Positions 23,341-35,870 of a stretch of 64,000 nt of DNA are shown one piece after another. The notes beneath the pieces were generated by a model. It searched no databases, had not been told where the DNA came from, and saw nothing but the letters and a program-made list of their open reading frames with translations. This stretch comes from Vicugna vicugna (Eukaryota), in contig MU058781.1 in the NCBI GenBank assembly GCA_013265495.1, positions 8,413,009-8,477,008 of the forward strand, given 5' to 3'. The position numbers and the translations under genes were made by a program. Within the stretch, counting starts at the first letter, position 1; each line of letters starts with the position of its first letter.

Positions 23341-26300
23341 TCCATTAAGGTAACAGTTTTCATTATTACACATTCTTTTTTTTTGTTTTTATACTTTCTT
23401 GAAGTTGCACAGACTGGGGTTCTGTCTCCCCTCATCCACTGTCAATTTGGGGTAATAAGAAAGATAATAATTGCCTGCCTTATTGAACAGTTTCGTGTGC
23501 AGGGAATGGCAGTGAGCATTCTGCATGTATTGTTTCATCTTAATCAACCCTCCCTCATCTGTAAATGAGAAAAACGAGGCTCAGTGGTTAAGCAGCTTGT
23601 CCCAGGCTACACTTCCAGGCGGTAGTAGAACCAGGATTCCAGACCAAGGGGATTTCAAACCCCTTATTAACCCAGACACGTGGAGTCTCCTCATGGGATA
23701 TTTACAGGCCTTTGTCTAGAACGGGTTACTAGATGTCTCCAAGTTCTGCGGGGCAGTCGATGGCACTTAGACAGTGCTTATTGTGTGAAGAAGACTATCA
23801 AGATCTCTCTCAAGGACTCACATGTCGGGGCAACAAGAGTTGAAAAATTCGGCTCTGCCAAGGGTATTTGTTCCGATTTAGGAGGCGTGAAGGTGGATCC
23901 ACGGGGTAAAACAGAGGGGAGAGCGTCACCTAGCCAATGCTTCTTCTCAGGCCAGACCCTTGTCTAGCTCTCCCTCGGCTCTGAGAGCGGTGGGTCAGGG
24001 CGTGGCATGTGCAGAGGTGAGAAGGATGGCCTTGGTGGGCATTCTGGTGGGAGAGGCCATGGACACAACTCTGGGAGTTTCCACCTTTGCAGAGAAAAGG
24101 CAACCCATATTGGCTTTCTAGTGGAGAAACAGGTCAATGGCGATCGTGAGAGGGGCATTTAGACAGGAGCACTTTTCCATCTACCTGCCAGTCTAAGACT
24201 TCCCTTCCCGCCGGTGGTTGCCTCTTGATTCGATTTCTCTCAGATGCCTTCTGTGGATTTTTACCGGTGAACATCAGGAAAGTAATTTTCTTTGGAGAAC
24301 TTTGAAACTGCCTCCCAAACAGAAGTGGAGCTGAGCTCCCACCGGGAGCCTTGGGAAAGTAATCCTATTTATTAGTAGTTGTATATTGATTTTGTGTGTA
24401 AAATAGACCCAGAGGCCTGTGACAATGAGTCCATTTGAAATTATAATTTAAAATATCTAACCGAATACTGGGCAGAACTCCTACCCCAGAATATAAATGA
24501 TCAGATGCTTAGTGAATTTCTTCTGTGCAGTAATTAAATTGGCAATTGGTAGGTCAAGTTTTGTTTTCCTATCCTAAATCCTCTAATTTACCTTTTCTTC
24601 CACAATCCCTGGTGTAAGGATGGCAGCGGCGCTATTCAATCTGATAAACCTTTCTAAAAATACATAGTTGTGCTTTGTCGTTCATTTGTTTAATCAGCCC
24701 ACGTTACCTGATCTCGTACTATAAAATAGAAGGCACCTCATCAAAGAATTCTTTTTACTGTATGACCACACTGTTAATTTTGTGAAAGCTTGCAAGCTTT
24801 GCTTCCAGATGGAAAGGTGAATGTGTGATTATTTTATTATTTCTTTATCACCTGCTGCCCAACCTTGTTTCTAACATCTGTTGTTGTGGCTGGTACCTCC
24901 GTTCCATTCCCAGCCTCCCGGTTGCCGGTATCTCTCTGGTCACCACCTAGTGTCGCTCCAGGATTGTGACCACAGGTGGGTCTGCTGGGGCTGCGCTGGC
25001 CGTGACCGCGCCAGTGCTGGCCACGCTGAGTCTGCCTCTGCTGGCCTGGGCTTTCTCTCACTCCCAGGACTGAAGCTTTAACTCTGCCCATTCTGTTAGC
25101 AGTTTTTCTCCACCTTTCCTTTCCAATATACTTTCACTTCTTCCTTCCCATCCCCCCCCCATACAACTGCCCAGGCATCCTGGCTTTTTCCATTCTTGAC
25201 AGATGATCTGCCCACTGTAACTGTAGCTCTGCCGTGCTGATATCTGTTGAAATTAGACCTAGAATCTAAATGTGGCTTCATGAAACGACGGGTGAGACAT
25301 TTTTCTCTTCAAGTAGTCCCTGGTCTACTGATACCCCAAACCACAGCAAAGAACTGTCTATCTGTACCTACCCCAGGTACCCGGGGGTAAAATGGAGAAA
25401 CATATGTCTGAAAGGGATTTAGAATTAAAAGTTCTATGTAAGGCACTGTGTTTGCTGTTTTTTGCATCTATAACAAAGTAGAGGGATGCTCACCACCGTG
25501 GGGGGTCACCACGCCCCACTCCGCCTCCCATCCGCCGAGCATATTGAACAGACTTCAGCATCACTGTGTATTTGATCATGAAATAGGAATCAAGAACCTT
25601 CCCTCTGTTTGCTCCTATAGCTACCTCTTACCCCAGTGAGAGTTTGTAACCCAAAGATTAAACGTTTATTTTATGCTTCAGGGAGTGGGTTACCTAGGAC
25701 TTTGTATTTGGTCCTTTTGTTTTAGAAGTTCAATAATTTGGTCCTGAAACTATTCCTGCAAAATAGGCGCATCACAAATACGACTGTCTGTGCTGGAGGC
25801 GGGCCGGACTGCGCGGTGGCTTCTCACACTGAACACGAGGCTGCGGGGGCGGGGGGGGGGGGCCTTGCTGCCTGGTCAGACTCCTCCAGGCCGCCCGGGG
25901 CCTGGCAGGGACTCAGCCTGGACAGGTTGGAGCAGCTCTTTCACATGCAGGCTCCTTTCTTATCCGTCAGGTGTGAGTGCTCTTTATGGTCCCCTTCTAC
26001 TCAGTCTTCTGTGACTTTGTCCATGAAGCCACTGTGTCCCTTATGTTCTTAGGGGCCTCGGGAGGTTCTGGTGCTCAGGGTAGCTACTCAGGCGCCACCA
26101 GGCATCGGGAGTTGCTCTGGGACCTTGTGAGGAGGGAAGGGGTGCGTGCGTGCTGCCGCTAACCACACCCCTGCCCGGCCAGACTTGATGTCTCTCACTT
26201 CTCCTGTTTTAAAGTCCTAAGGGTTAATTACGATGTTTACTATTTTCATTTGCATTCCTGACAGTGCTCTTTCAAAGTGAGTTGGCCCCGGTTCCTTTTC

Positions 26301-26412
26301 TTGTCTAAGTAGATCTCAGAATCAGGGTGTGGCTCTTCTGGCCTTTGAGATGGGCGCAGCTCCAGGGCACCGGACCTAGGTGAATGTTACCACCACCCAG
26401 AAATCGCTGAGT

Positions 26413-26569
26413 CTGTGAGTCTGTTTCTGTTTTGTAAATAAGTTCATTTGTGTCGCTTTTTTAGATTCCAGATTCCATCTGACTGACTTTGCTGTACACC
26501 AGAAAATAATATAACATTGTAAATCAATGTGTATAAAAAAAAAATCAATGTGTTTAAAAAAAAAAAAGA
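26413..26569. mobile_element. Short L1 insertion with 5' inversion
   Basis: An antisense L1 3'UTR piece (GTGAGTCTGTTTCTGTTTTGTAAATAAGTTCATTTGTGTC...TTAGATTCCA) is fused to a sense L1 3' end (TTTGCTGTACACCAGAAA...AACATTGTAAATCAA) plus poly(A). Degenerate target-site duplications at 26399-26412 and 26570-26583. Confidence 0.8.
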
Positions 26570-27284
26570 AGACATCACTGAATATCATTGCCTGCCTGTT
26601 GCCAGGACTTTGGTCCCTACCCTTCAATGACTCACTGAACTGCCTTTAAGTTCTTGCAAGGGATTCTGAGAAATACAGGAAAATGTTATTTCCGGGTTAA
26701 AGATGAGGATACGGAATGAAGGTCAGAGAGATTTAGTGACTTTTCCCCCCAAGATGAGAGGGGTGGTTAAGGCATTAGACTTTGCAGTTACTGGGGTTTC
26801 AAATTTCACGAGCTGTGGGAGCTCGGACAAGTGATTTCACTTTTCTAGACCTCAGTTTACCCCTCCATAACATGGGACAATTAATGACTGGCCTCTCAGG
26901 GTTGATGGAGAGCGTGAATGAGAAAGCGTGTCTGGAACGTAGAAAGGGATCAGAAGGTTAGCTCTTACTATATATGGAGAGCATGTGGGAGAGACGGGAC
27001 TGAAACCAGGTCTCTGGTCTAAATCTTGTATTAGCACACAACTTCCTGCGTATAGAGAATCAGAAGCATCTTTAGATACGTAGACTTATGTCCTTTAATT
27101 TTACTGTAAATATATTTAGGACAGTTTTGATCAATGTGGATTTGGTGCAAATTTTATTGTATTTTTTTTTTCCCTCTCTGCTGTTATTCTAAGCTGCCCT
27201 GCAAGGATATTTTTAAAAGTTGCTGGGAACTCGGGACTGTGTAATTGCCAGGGGAGAGCCAAGACCCTCGAGGTTCTCCTAGGC

Positions 27285-27490
27285 CAGTGGTTCTCAACTG
27301 GAGACAGGTCCGCCTGCCTGGGGATAAATATTTGGCAACGTCAGGGGACATTTCTGGTTGTCATAACTGGGGGTAGGGGAGGGAGGGTGCTGCTGGCATC
27401 TAGTGGGTGGAGGTCAGGGATGTTGGTGAGTTCAGCAAAGAACTGTCAGGCCCAAAATGTGAGTAGTCGCGAGGCTTAGAAGCCGTGCTC
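27285..27490. mobile_element. MER20 (hAT-Charlie)
   Basis: CAGTGGTTCTCAACTGG...TTTGGCAACGTCAGGGGACATTTCTGGTTGTCATAACTGGGG...GCTGGCATCTAGTGGGTGGAGGTCAGGGATG. Confidence 0.85.
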
Positions 27491-28165
27491 GAGGTAATCC
27501 CCATTCCTACTGCAGGCAAACTGCCTCCCCTTGTTGTAATAAAGTCACGTATGTCTTTTCAAACAAGGCGTATTCATTTTCTACGGTATATTGGTTTTCC
27601 ATATGAAAAATATTCAAAGTGCTGAAAATCTAGCACCACTTCTCAAACTCTGAGAGGAGGAGGAGGAGGCTGGAGAGAAAATTGTTTAGCTCGTCCTCAA
27701 GGTATGTAAAGCTTTCAAATCCATTCAGATACTTTCTCAAAAATTTTCTTTTTTGTAGGTTTTTTCCCCCAGTATCACATAACTTACACTGATGTTTTAG
27801 TTTTTATAAGCACTAAGTCAACAGGGGCAAGCTATACAAATAAAATGTGTTCTTAGTACATTTTAATTGTTCTTTTTTTGTGCAAACAATTTATGGCTTC
27901 TTGTTCCTACACATTGATTTCTAGGGGAATTTTAACATTTTGTTTTTAAACTATTTTATTTCTTTCAAACTTATCTACCCTAATTGTTAGAATGAACCAT
28001 CAGTCTTAAAATGAATCCTGTCTGTTAGAACGGCAGCTTGTTCTAACTAGTCATCTTCGAGCATTCTGCTGTGGTCTATTAAAGTTAAAACAAAAAGTTT
28101 ATACTTTAAGCAGAAATTTTACTTTTAGATTCTAATTTTGCTAATTTTCCAGTCTGGAATATTGA

Positions 28166-28355
28166 CAGGTGCCATATAAAATAAAAGATGCCAAGTTCAA
28201 TTTGAATTTCAGATAAACAACAAATACTTTCAGTATAAGTATGTCCCATGCAATATTTAGGATACATTTATAATAAAAAAATTATTTGCAGTTTGTCTGA
28301 AATTATCATTCAACTGAGTGTTCTGCATTTTTATTTGCTAAATCTGGCAACCCTA
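28166..28355. mobile_element. MER53 palindromic hAT-type MITE
   Basis: About 190 bp near-palindrome: CAGGTGCCA...TTTGAATTTCAGATAAACAAC...TATAAGTATGTCCCATGCAATATTTAGGATACAT...TTTGTCTGAAATT...ATCTGGCAACCCTA. Confidence 0.85.
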
Positions 28356-29099
28356 ATGATAGAACTCAGGGTATTGAAAAATACCAGGAAATACCACTCA
28401 TGTCTGGCATCTCCCTGCATAACTTCTTCTTGGATATTGTACTTTATGAAACTGTCAAATAATAAATCTCAGACAATAATTTACCAAAAAGATGGAAATT
28501 TTCTGAAGGCAATTTAGCAAATTTATTCTGCAATCACATTCATTGGTCTTTAAGGAGAGCTTGAGTAAACTGGAAGAAATCTCTTACTTGATGTTCACAG
28601 AAGTACCATGTATCTGACCTAAAAACTCAGTTTCAGAGGTGAAACCTGGATGAGAGAGAGAAACCTTTCTATGGTTTGGCTTCCAGGGATTATCCAGAAC
28701 TTATACAACATCTGAACTCATTCTGCTTTTCATAAGTAGTAGAATTCCTAAGCTGAAGGAAACAAATGGAACAGGTTGATTGTAAAAGACTTAGATTGGC
28801 TTTGGAAAACAGCAACAAAGCCCAATCAAAATTCTCATTTAAAATACAAAATTTGCGAGAGTCCGCTGCAAGTGAGTCTTCTTTAACGCTCCTCTCCGTA
28901 TTGCCTGACATCCACACTTACCTTTTGGGAAGAAAGTGATTGTCTTGGATGCCAGCCTCTTTACATCTCTGTGGCCTCAAAGTGGGTCCATCACAGAATC
29001 TTGCTGCCTTGCTTAATGATGTTTTTGCCTCTGGAGGAAGAACCGCTGTGTCTGCTATCATCAACTAACTGCACTTCGCTCTGGTCCCACATCATAACC

Positions 29100-29552
29100 C
29101 CATGGCCCACCTCTGATGGCCTTAGTGTCCTTCGCGCTCAGATTCCCCTCCACCCTGACGCCATCTTGCTTCAGGTGCTTGCAGTACTGCTTTTTGCTTT
29201 CTCCGGGAACTTCTCTAGTGCCAGGGCTACACGCACTGCAGCCTGTGAGTCACGGGAGCTAATATCCCTAGAGGCAACCCTCCACCCTTGGGGAAAGGAA
29301 GGAAGTCAGGGGGTAAATATCCCTCCCCCCAGAACAATTTTAGGGGGCATTCTAGATGTTTCTTGGGAGATCTCAACAGAATTCAGCCCCTGTCGTGTAT
29401 GGCCATGACCTTGTTCACACACCCTTAGATAATACAACTGCTTCTTGCTCCCCACTTCCTCCTCCTGCTCCCTGGGATCGCTTTCAAATAAACTAACTGC
29501 GCCCAAGTCCTCGTCTCGGTCTTTGTTTTTGGAAATACTTAAATGTAGACAC
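29100..29552 (+). mobile_element. LTR16-like (ERVL) solo LTR
   Basis: The 3' end AAATAAACTAACTGCGCCCAAGTCCTCGTCTC...TTTTGGAAATAC...AGACA and internal GAGGCAACCCTCCACC resemble the LTR16 family. Confidence 0.6.
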
Positions 29553-29619
29553 CTGTGGTATCAGTTTGCTAGGGCTGCCGTAACAAAATACCATTGACCG
29601 GAAATGTGTTTTTCATTTC

Positions 29620-29998
29620 CTTCCATTATGAATGCAGGCAATAGACCACCATACTACTGGCAGTACCTGTGACTTCATCACCTACACCAATTACAGATAT
29701 TTTCATATCACATTGCACTTGTTGCCAGATGTCTTGAAATACTGTGTATGCTCATCACAATTCAAAATTACAGTAATTTTTTGATCTGCTACTGGATCTT
29801 CTTACTGAATGCATTAATAAAGCATATAGATTACTGTATCATAAAGTTTAATTTTTGAATAGCTATATTTCAATACAGATGTTTCTTTTGTTATCCTATG
29901 TATTTCATTTTAGGTCCATAAAAACAGTAGTCTGAGAAGGGGTTCACAGGCTCCTGCAGAAGGCCAAAGGGGCCCATGACACAAAAGAGGTTAAGAGC
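29620..29998. mobile_element. hAT-Charlie DNA transposon terminal fragment
   Basis: Ends in CTGAGAAGGGGTTCACAGGCT...GCCAAAGGGGCCCATGACACAAAAGAGGTTAAGA, typical of Charlie termini. Confidence 0.65.
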
Positions 29999-30894
29999 CT
30001 TAGTGGAATTATGTGAAAAAGAGAGGTCCTGTTACCTTGTCTTAGATTATGGTAGTTAATAACTCCTATCAAAAATGATCCCATCCTCTGTTCTGGGCTT
30101 ACTGACTCATCTATTTTTTCCTCTCCTCTCGGGAATCTTTTGTAAATTTCGAGATGGACTTTTTGTGAATGATTCTTTTCTTCATAGTTTGACTGGAAGA
30201 GGTGCTCACCTTGTCAGGACTGTAAGAGGATATTGCAAGCTTTGATGATTGAGCAGAAAAATCTGAGGACAGCTGGTCAAAACAAGCTTGTCCTGCCTTG
30301 TGGGAGGGTCAGAGCTCTCCAAATGATCTTTTGGTTTAAGACCTTAATTAAAAACAGCCTATAAATTCATTTGTGGCAAGATTTATTACCATGAGCAAAT
30401 CCCTGTTGTGGTCGAAAGAAAGGAGGGTTCTAGTGGGGGTCAGGAGGCTTGAATTCTGGTGAATTTGCCACAAGGGAGCTAAGAAAACCCCAGACTGGTT
30501 ACTTAAAGTTTGTGATTCATATAATTAAGGGGTGGGTTGGTCAGTAGGATCTAAGGAGTCTCTGAATCTGAAGACATTATGACTTGTGGCATAATTAGAT
30601 ACCGTTTAAACTGTGATACCGAAGTGTCAGAAAAAAAAAATTTGCAAGTTCTACATCTCAGTTTCGTTTCTCATGGGAGAAGCCACGTAGATCTGAGACC
30701 CACTAAAAGCGTCTCAATGCATCAGTGGATTTCTCAGTATTACCTAAAGTGTTCTGCTTGTACTTTTCCTAGAAAGTATACAGAGAAACGCAGGTTTCTT
30801 CCAAAGCGCCTTTTTAAGTTTAACTGTCGTACCTGGGAGCGTCACTTCTGTGTTTCGTTTAGGATAAGAAGGGGGCCAGGTAGCTGCATATGCC

Positions 30895-31200
30895 TTCCCT
30901 GCCCGGCTGCCCGGCCGCCCATTCACTGCCGCAAACTTTGTGGTGTTTGTGGGCGTCCTTGGAGTGAGCGAGCGCCGGGGGCCCACGACGGGCAGTCCTG
31001 GGCAGGGCCACCGGCTTCTCCCCACGCTCAGCAAAGGCGCAGCACCTGCGCGGAGCGGGGCGCAGGGAGCGGGCGGGGAGTCTGCCCAGGCGCCGGCTCC
31101 GGGCGTGCGCGGTGCAGGAGGGCCCGCGGGTAAGGCCCGGAGCCCCGCGCAGCGCTGGCGTCCTGGCGCGGGTGGCTGGGGGTGGGTGAGGTCCTGCTGG
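30895..31200. promoter_or_regulatory. Small intronic CpG island (candidate enhancer or alternative promoter)
   Basis: A sharp local G+C/CpG peak in otherwise CpG-poor intron 1, with GC box GGGCGGGG at 31071-31078. It does not resemble a repeat I recognise. Confidence 0.65.
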
Positions 31201-32589
31201 CTCCTTTCAGAACATTTCATGGAAGACCTCGAGACGTAGGTGGGTTATAACTTGCCCAAAGCCGTGGGAAAAAGTAAGTCAACCCCGAATATAGGTGATT
31301 ATTGAACACCGTCATTAAAGGGATACCAGAGGTAAGAAGACCGGGATCCTTTTGTTATCATACAACAATGGTGATAATAATAGCCGTTGTTACCACCCAC
31401 TTTCCCCGCTTTCTTGTTCCTCTCAACCTCCCCCGGGGAAAAGAGAACTTCACCAAAACTAAGATCCTAGACTAAAGAATTGTCTTTGTGAAAAAGGAAT
31501 GTTGGAGCTTTCTGTTAGAACATTCACAGTAGAATGGAGAGTCTAGATTGTCTTCCCTTCTCTCTCTACTTCAGAAGCTTTCTCTCATTAGCGGCCCTTT
31601 TCCCCTCCTCCCTTAAACCAAAGTACCAGGCAAGAGGAGGACAAGCCTAAAGAGCCAAGAGTACACAGTGCCTGTAATTCAAGCCCCTGAATTCCAGTAA
31701 AGTTCTAATACAGACTTCTATAAAAATGTAACAATTAAGTCCATTTAGGGACCAGGAAAATCTTTCATACCTTTTAAAACATCAAAAATCGATATTCCCA
31801 GGTGGGATGTACTAAGGAGAAAAATTAAGTCTCTTGGTTGCATGTAGCTTATATGGAAAGTAAAACATCGGTCATTGCCAACTACAGGTGACTGGTAATG
31901 TTGGATGGAATTCCTCAGCTTTTGAAATGGCATCAATTTAAAAGGAACACTTTTTGTCTCTAGGGCAAGACTGTTCTTATTCTGGCTTCTAATGCCCTCA
32001 GTCTATCGGAAAAGTACAAAAATTGGCTGATGCAAATCCAATTTGGAAATAGAACTAAGGGGCGTTGTAATCTGCAGAAAACAGATAATTCTCCAAACTT
32101 TCGTTCTGTAGTGCACATATCGTTTTACTCAGGTTGGGCAAAAGCTGGTAAAACGCATTTCAGAACTCTGTTTTCGTTTAATTGAGGGGAGTAGAGAGCG
32201 AATGACTTGGAGAAGCATCTAATACCCAAAGAAAGAAAGTGGACACTTTGAATTCTGAGAGGGCGTGAACAGAAAAAGCCGAAGCTGCTTAGTTTCATAA
32301 CCAGCCCCTGTCAAAGGGACTTGAGAAATTCTCTGCTCAGTCCTTTGGCTTTGCTGATTAGGAAACCGCGTCTGAGAGAAATCCCTTGCCCCGGAGTCAG
32401 AGAGAGCCAGCGGGAAAGCTGTCTTCATCGTTACCACCACCCCGTACAATCTGTATTCTCCAGCTGTGCTTGGTTATAAGATTTATTTAACGCCATGTGA
32501 TGACCCTACAACTGTTTGTGATTGTGAATAGCACAGATTTGACTGGGTAATGTGATCTCTTTTATTTGCTTTAAGTTAACTTTAGCCCT

Positions 32590-32810
32590 CAGCATGGTGT
32601 CTTGGAAAGGGCACTAGACTTGGATCCAAAAGACTTGGGTTCAAGTTTCAGCTTCGACCTTAGCTTTGCTTCAGCACATCTGAGAGCCCTGTTTTCTTTA
32701 TCTATAAAATGGGAGTGGTAATACTGACGCAGTCTACCCTCCACAGTTGTGAGGGTTAATTGTGAAGGGCTTTGTGAAGTACGAAGTACTATATAAACAT
32801 AAAGGTATTA
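32590..32810 (+). mobile_element. MIR SINE
   Basis: GGAAAGGGCACTAGACTTGGATCCAAAAGACTTGGGTTCAAG...TTTATCTATAAAATGGGAGTGGTAATAC. Confidence 0.75.
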
Positions 32811-35224
32811 ATCTCAAGTGTTTGGAGATACGTGAAAAAGACGTTTTCCACTTTTGCTTACTCTAATTTGTATGTCATACAAATTCTTTCTCTATTTTTA
32901 CTCTGAGTATCTTATCCCTTTAGAATTTTAGATGCTAGGCATGATAGCTTCTCTCCTGATCTGGCTTTTGTCTCAAGGTGTATGTTTTCAAAGCGATGCC
33001 ACCAGTGCAATTTGTTGGTCCTTTGGCCTAATTGAAATTTTTGATTCTATATTCAGTATATGAAAACTGCATCTTATAAGGCCATAAGACACTTAGGCAA
33101 ATATTCAGACTTACACTGTGAAAATCCTAGCATGCTCTTCCCTGGGGAAGTGGAGAAATGAGTACCGTTTGTGATAAGAGCATTGCCTTAACACAACCCA
33201 CCTAGGCACAGCCTTGGCAACACAGACTGGAAGGAGATTTGGTAATTACGCTCTTTGGTTCTTCTATGAATATGGCCGATCTGGGTAATTTGGGCACCAG
33301 AGTGAATTTTTAGGCATGAATTATCTGGTTAAGTTGGCCAGATAATTGCCAGCTGTCTCCTTTGCTCTCTGCTCTGTAGACCCCAGTCTGAATAATTGTC
33401 TTCTGTTTACTCATGCAAGCAAGTTGCTGGTTTCCATTTTCAAACAAAAACGGACCACATATTAGAATGGTATTTTAATTGAGCTATTTTTGCTGCTGAT
33501 TCACAGATTCCCCCCACCCCTTGCCAAAGAAGTTGCCCGGATGAGAACCCATTAATTTAGTTGATTTGGGGGCCTCCCTTGTTGACTCTGGGAAAGACTT
33601 AAATATAGTAAAAGAGATTTGGAAGCTGATGGTATGAGATTTTTGTGACATATTCAAAACTTATCTCAAATTCTGACCAGATATTTTTCTACTAATTTTC
33701 CTAACTAAATGAAAACTCCAGCTGTACAAATAATGATTTTTGTTTGAAAATATTTCTTCCCTTGTTTTTAGAACCATCAGGGGAATTAAATTATAAATAA
33801 GTAGCCGCAAAGAACTTCTTTGTCAATGTGAAACAGAATGTAAAATTGCTCAAATTTTGAACCGAGTTCTAGAATGTTGAGACCACTCTTCTGCACGGGT
33901 TGACAAAGCGTGCTTGCCCTTTCAAGAGGGAGGAGGAGGCTTACTCAAATGTTTTGTTTCTTTGTGTCTTGATTCTTAGTTTATTTGCCCATTTCTCTGT
34001 TGGATCTGATTTGAATACTGCAGTTCTGCCCATGTACTCTTAACTGATCCCAAGTGCAATGACATGGCTCATTTTTTTCCTTAAAAAGAAAAGAAAGGAA
34101 AATTCACATTTCACCAGCCTCACAAACCTCCCCTTATTTAAGCATATATAAAGGAAACACTGAAATTTGTGAGCAATACTGGTATTTTCCTTTCCGTGTG
34201 TTTGTGTTTTATTTGTAAACTCCAGTGGAGGAGGCAGTGACCCATCAGCCTAGCCAGGGCACTCTGCTCAGGACTTCTTCACCTCTTGCAGGGAAGTCGC
34301 CTTACCCAAACATTATATGCTGTCCAGACCCTTCATCATACTTTCTTGAAAACTCCCATTCATGTGCATCAAGGATGTGCTCATATTATTGGACTAGGGG
34401 TTTCCCATAGTTTGAACTCATCTTTTGTTTGGGGGAGCTGTTTTTCTTATATTCGTCATCCCAAAAATACTTAGCCAGTGCATATTCTGTGACAGGGATA
34501 TTTCTACCCCCCAAAATCATGTTAACGCTCATTTAACTCGGTCATCTAGGAAAATGATAATAACCTAGGTTAATAGTGTCACTGTTATCTTACATTGAAC
34601 ATTTTTTCCAGAATTTCTCAATGGAAACAAACGGTTGCTGTGAATTTTTACCTTAGTCCCAGCCTACTTCCAATCAAGGCAGTTATAAGTGTAGAGATAC
34701 ATCCATCTGTCCAAAAAAAAAAAAAAAAAGGAGAAAAGTCAGCCCCTCCGTCAGGGAGAGCAAGTGATTCACCCGTCGGCATATGGGATGCTCGGCCCCT
34801 TTCCTATCTCTCGGGCTTCTCAGTAGGGAGTCACTGATACCAGTACAAAAAGCCCATTTTTCTTAGGATTTGGTCTGTTCTCTTGAACCCACTGGAGAAA
34901 CTGAAGTTTTCTTTCCATAATGATCTTAAGTGTTGGTAGTTACCGTCTCTGTGAAAACTCATTAAAAGTGAGTTATTTTCCTTTGGAAGGGAGGTCACAT
35001 GCTGGAGCTAACCGTGGAATATCAGGACCAAGAGTCATAAGTCTCCCGCTTTACCTCTGGTTTCCAGATTTATTTGAGCCTGCTTCTGCCAGGAGTTATT
35101 TCAGTGGACATCTTACAAAGTACAGATGCTCAAGGAGAGAGAAAGTGGTCAGAGGTAGGGGTGGGCAGACGAGGCAAGGACCTACGGGGGTGAGCATATC
35201 CTTTGGGAATCCTTATTTTGTCTG

Positions 35225-35870
35225 TTTGCTTGTTTTATTTTGGTAAAATACACATAACATAACATTTACCATTTTTAGGTGTATAATACGGTGACACAAA
35301 GTGCATTTGTCATGTTGTGCAACCATCACCACTGTCCATTTCGAGAATTTTTCACCATCCCTAACAAACTCTGTACCCACTAAACAGTAACTCCCTGTGT
35401 CCCTCTGCCCCCAGTCCCTCCTAACCACCGTTGCCCTGACTGTCTCTGAATTTGACTCTTCTAAGTGCCTCGTGTAAGTGAAATTGTAGAATATTTGTCC
35501 ATTTGTGTCTGTCCCATTTCACTTTGCATAATGTCTTCGAGGCTTATCCATGTTGTAGCATGTCTCAAAATTTCACTCCTTTTTATGGCTGAGTAATATT
35601 CTGTTGTGTATATAGACCCAGTTTGTTTCTCTGTTCATCTAATGATAGACTCTTGGGGTTTTTCCACCTTTGGGCTATTGTGAATAATGCTGCTATGAAC
35701 ATGGGAGTAGAAGTATCTGAGTTTCTGCTTTCAGTTCCTTTGTGTATGTGCCCAGGAGTGGGATTGTTGGAGCAAATGGCATTTCCATGTTTAACTGTTA
35801 GAGGAGCTGCCAAACTGTTTCACAGAGCTGCTGCACCGTTTTACATTCCCAGCAGCCTTGCACAAGGGGG
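35225..35870 (-). mobile_element. L1MA/MB-like 3' fragment (antisense)
   Basis: GGTAAAATACACATAACATAACATTTACCATT...TTGTGCAACCATCACCAC...TTTATGGCTGAGTAATATTC...GCTATTGTGAATAATGCTGCTATGAACATGGG...TACATTCCCAGCAGC. Confidence 0.9.
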
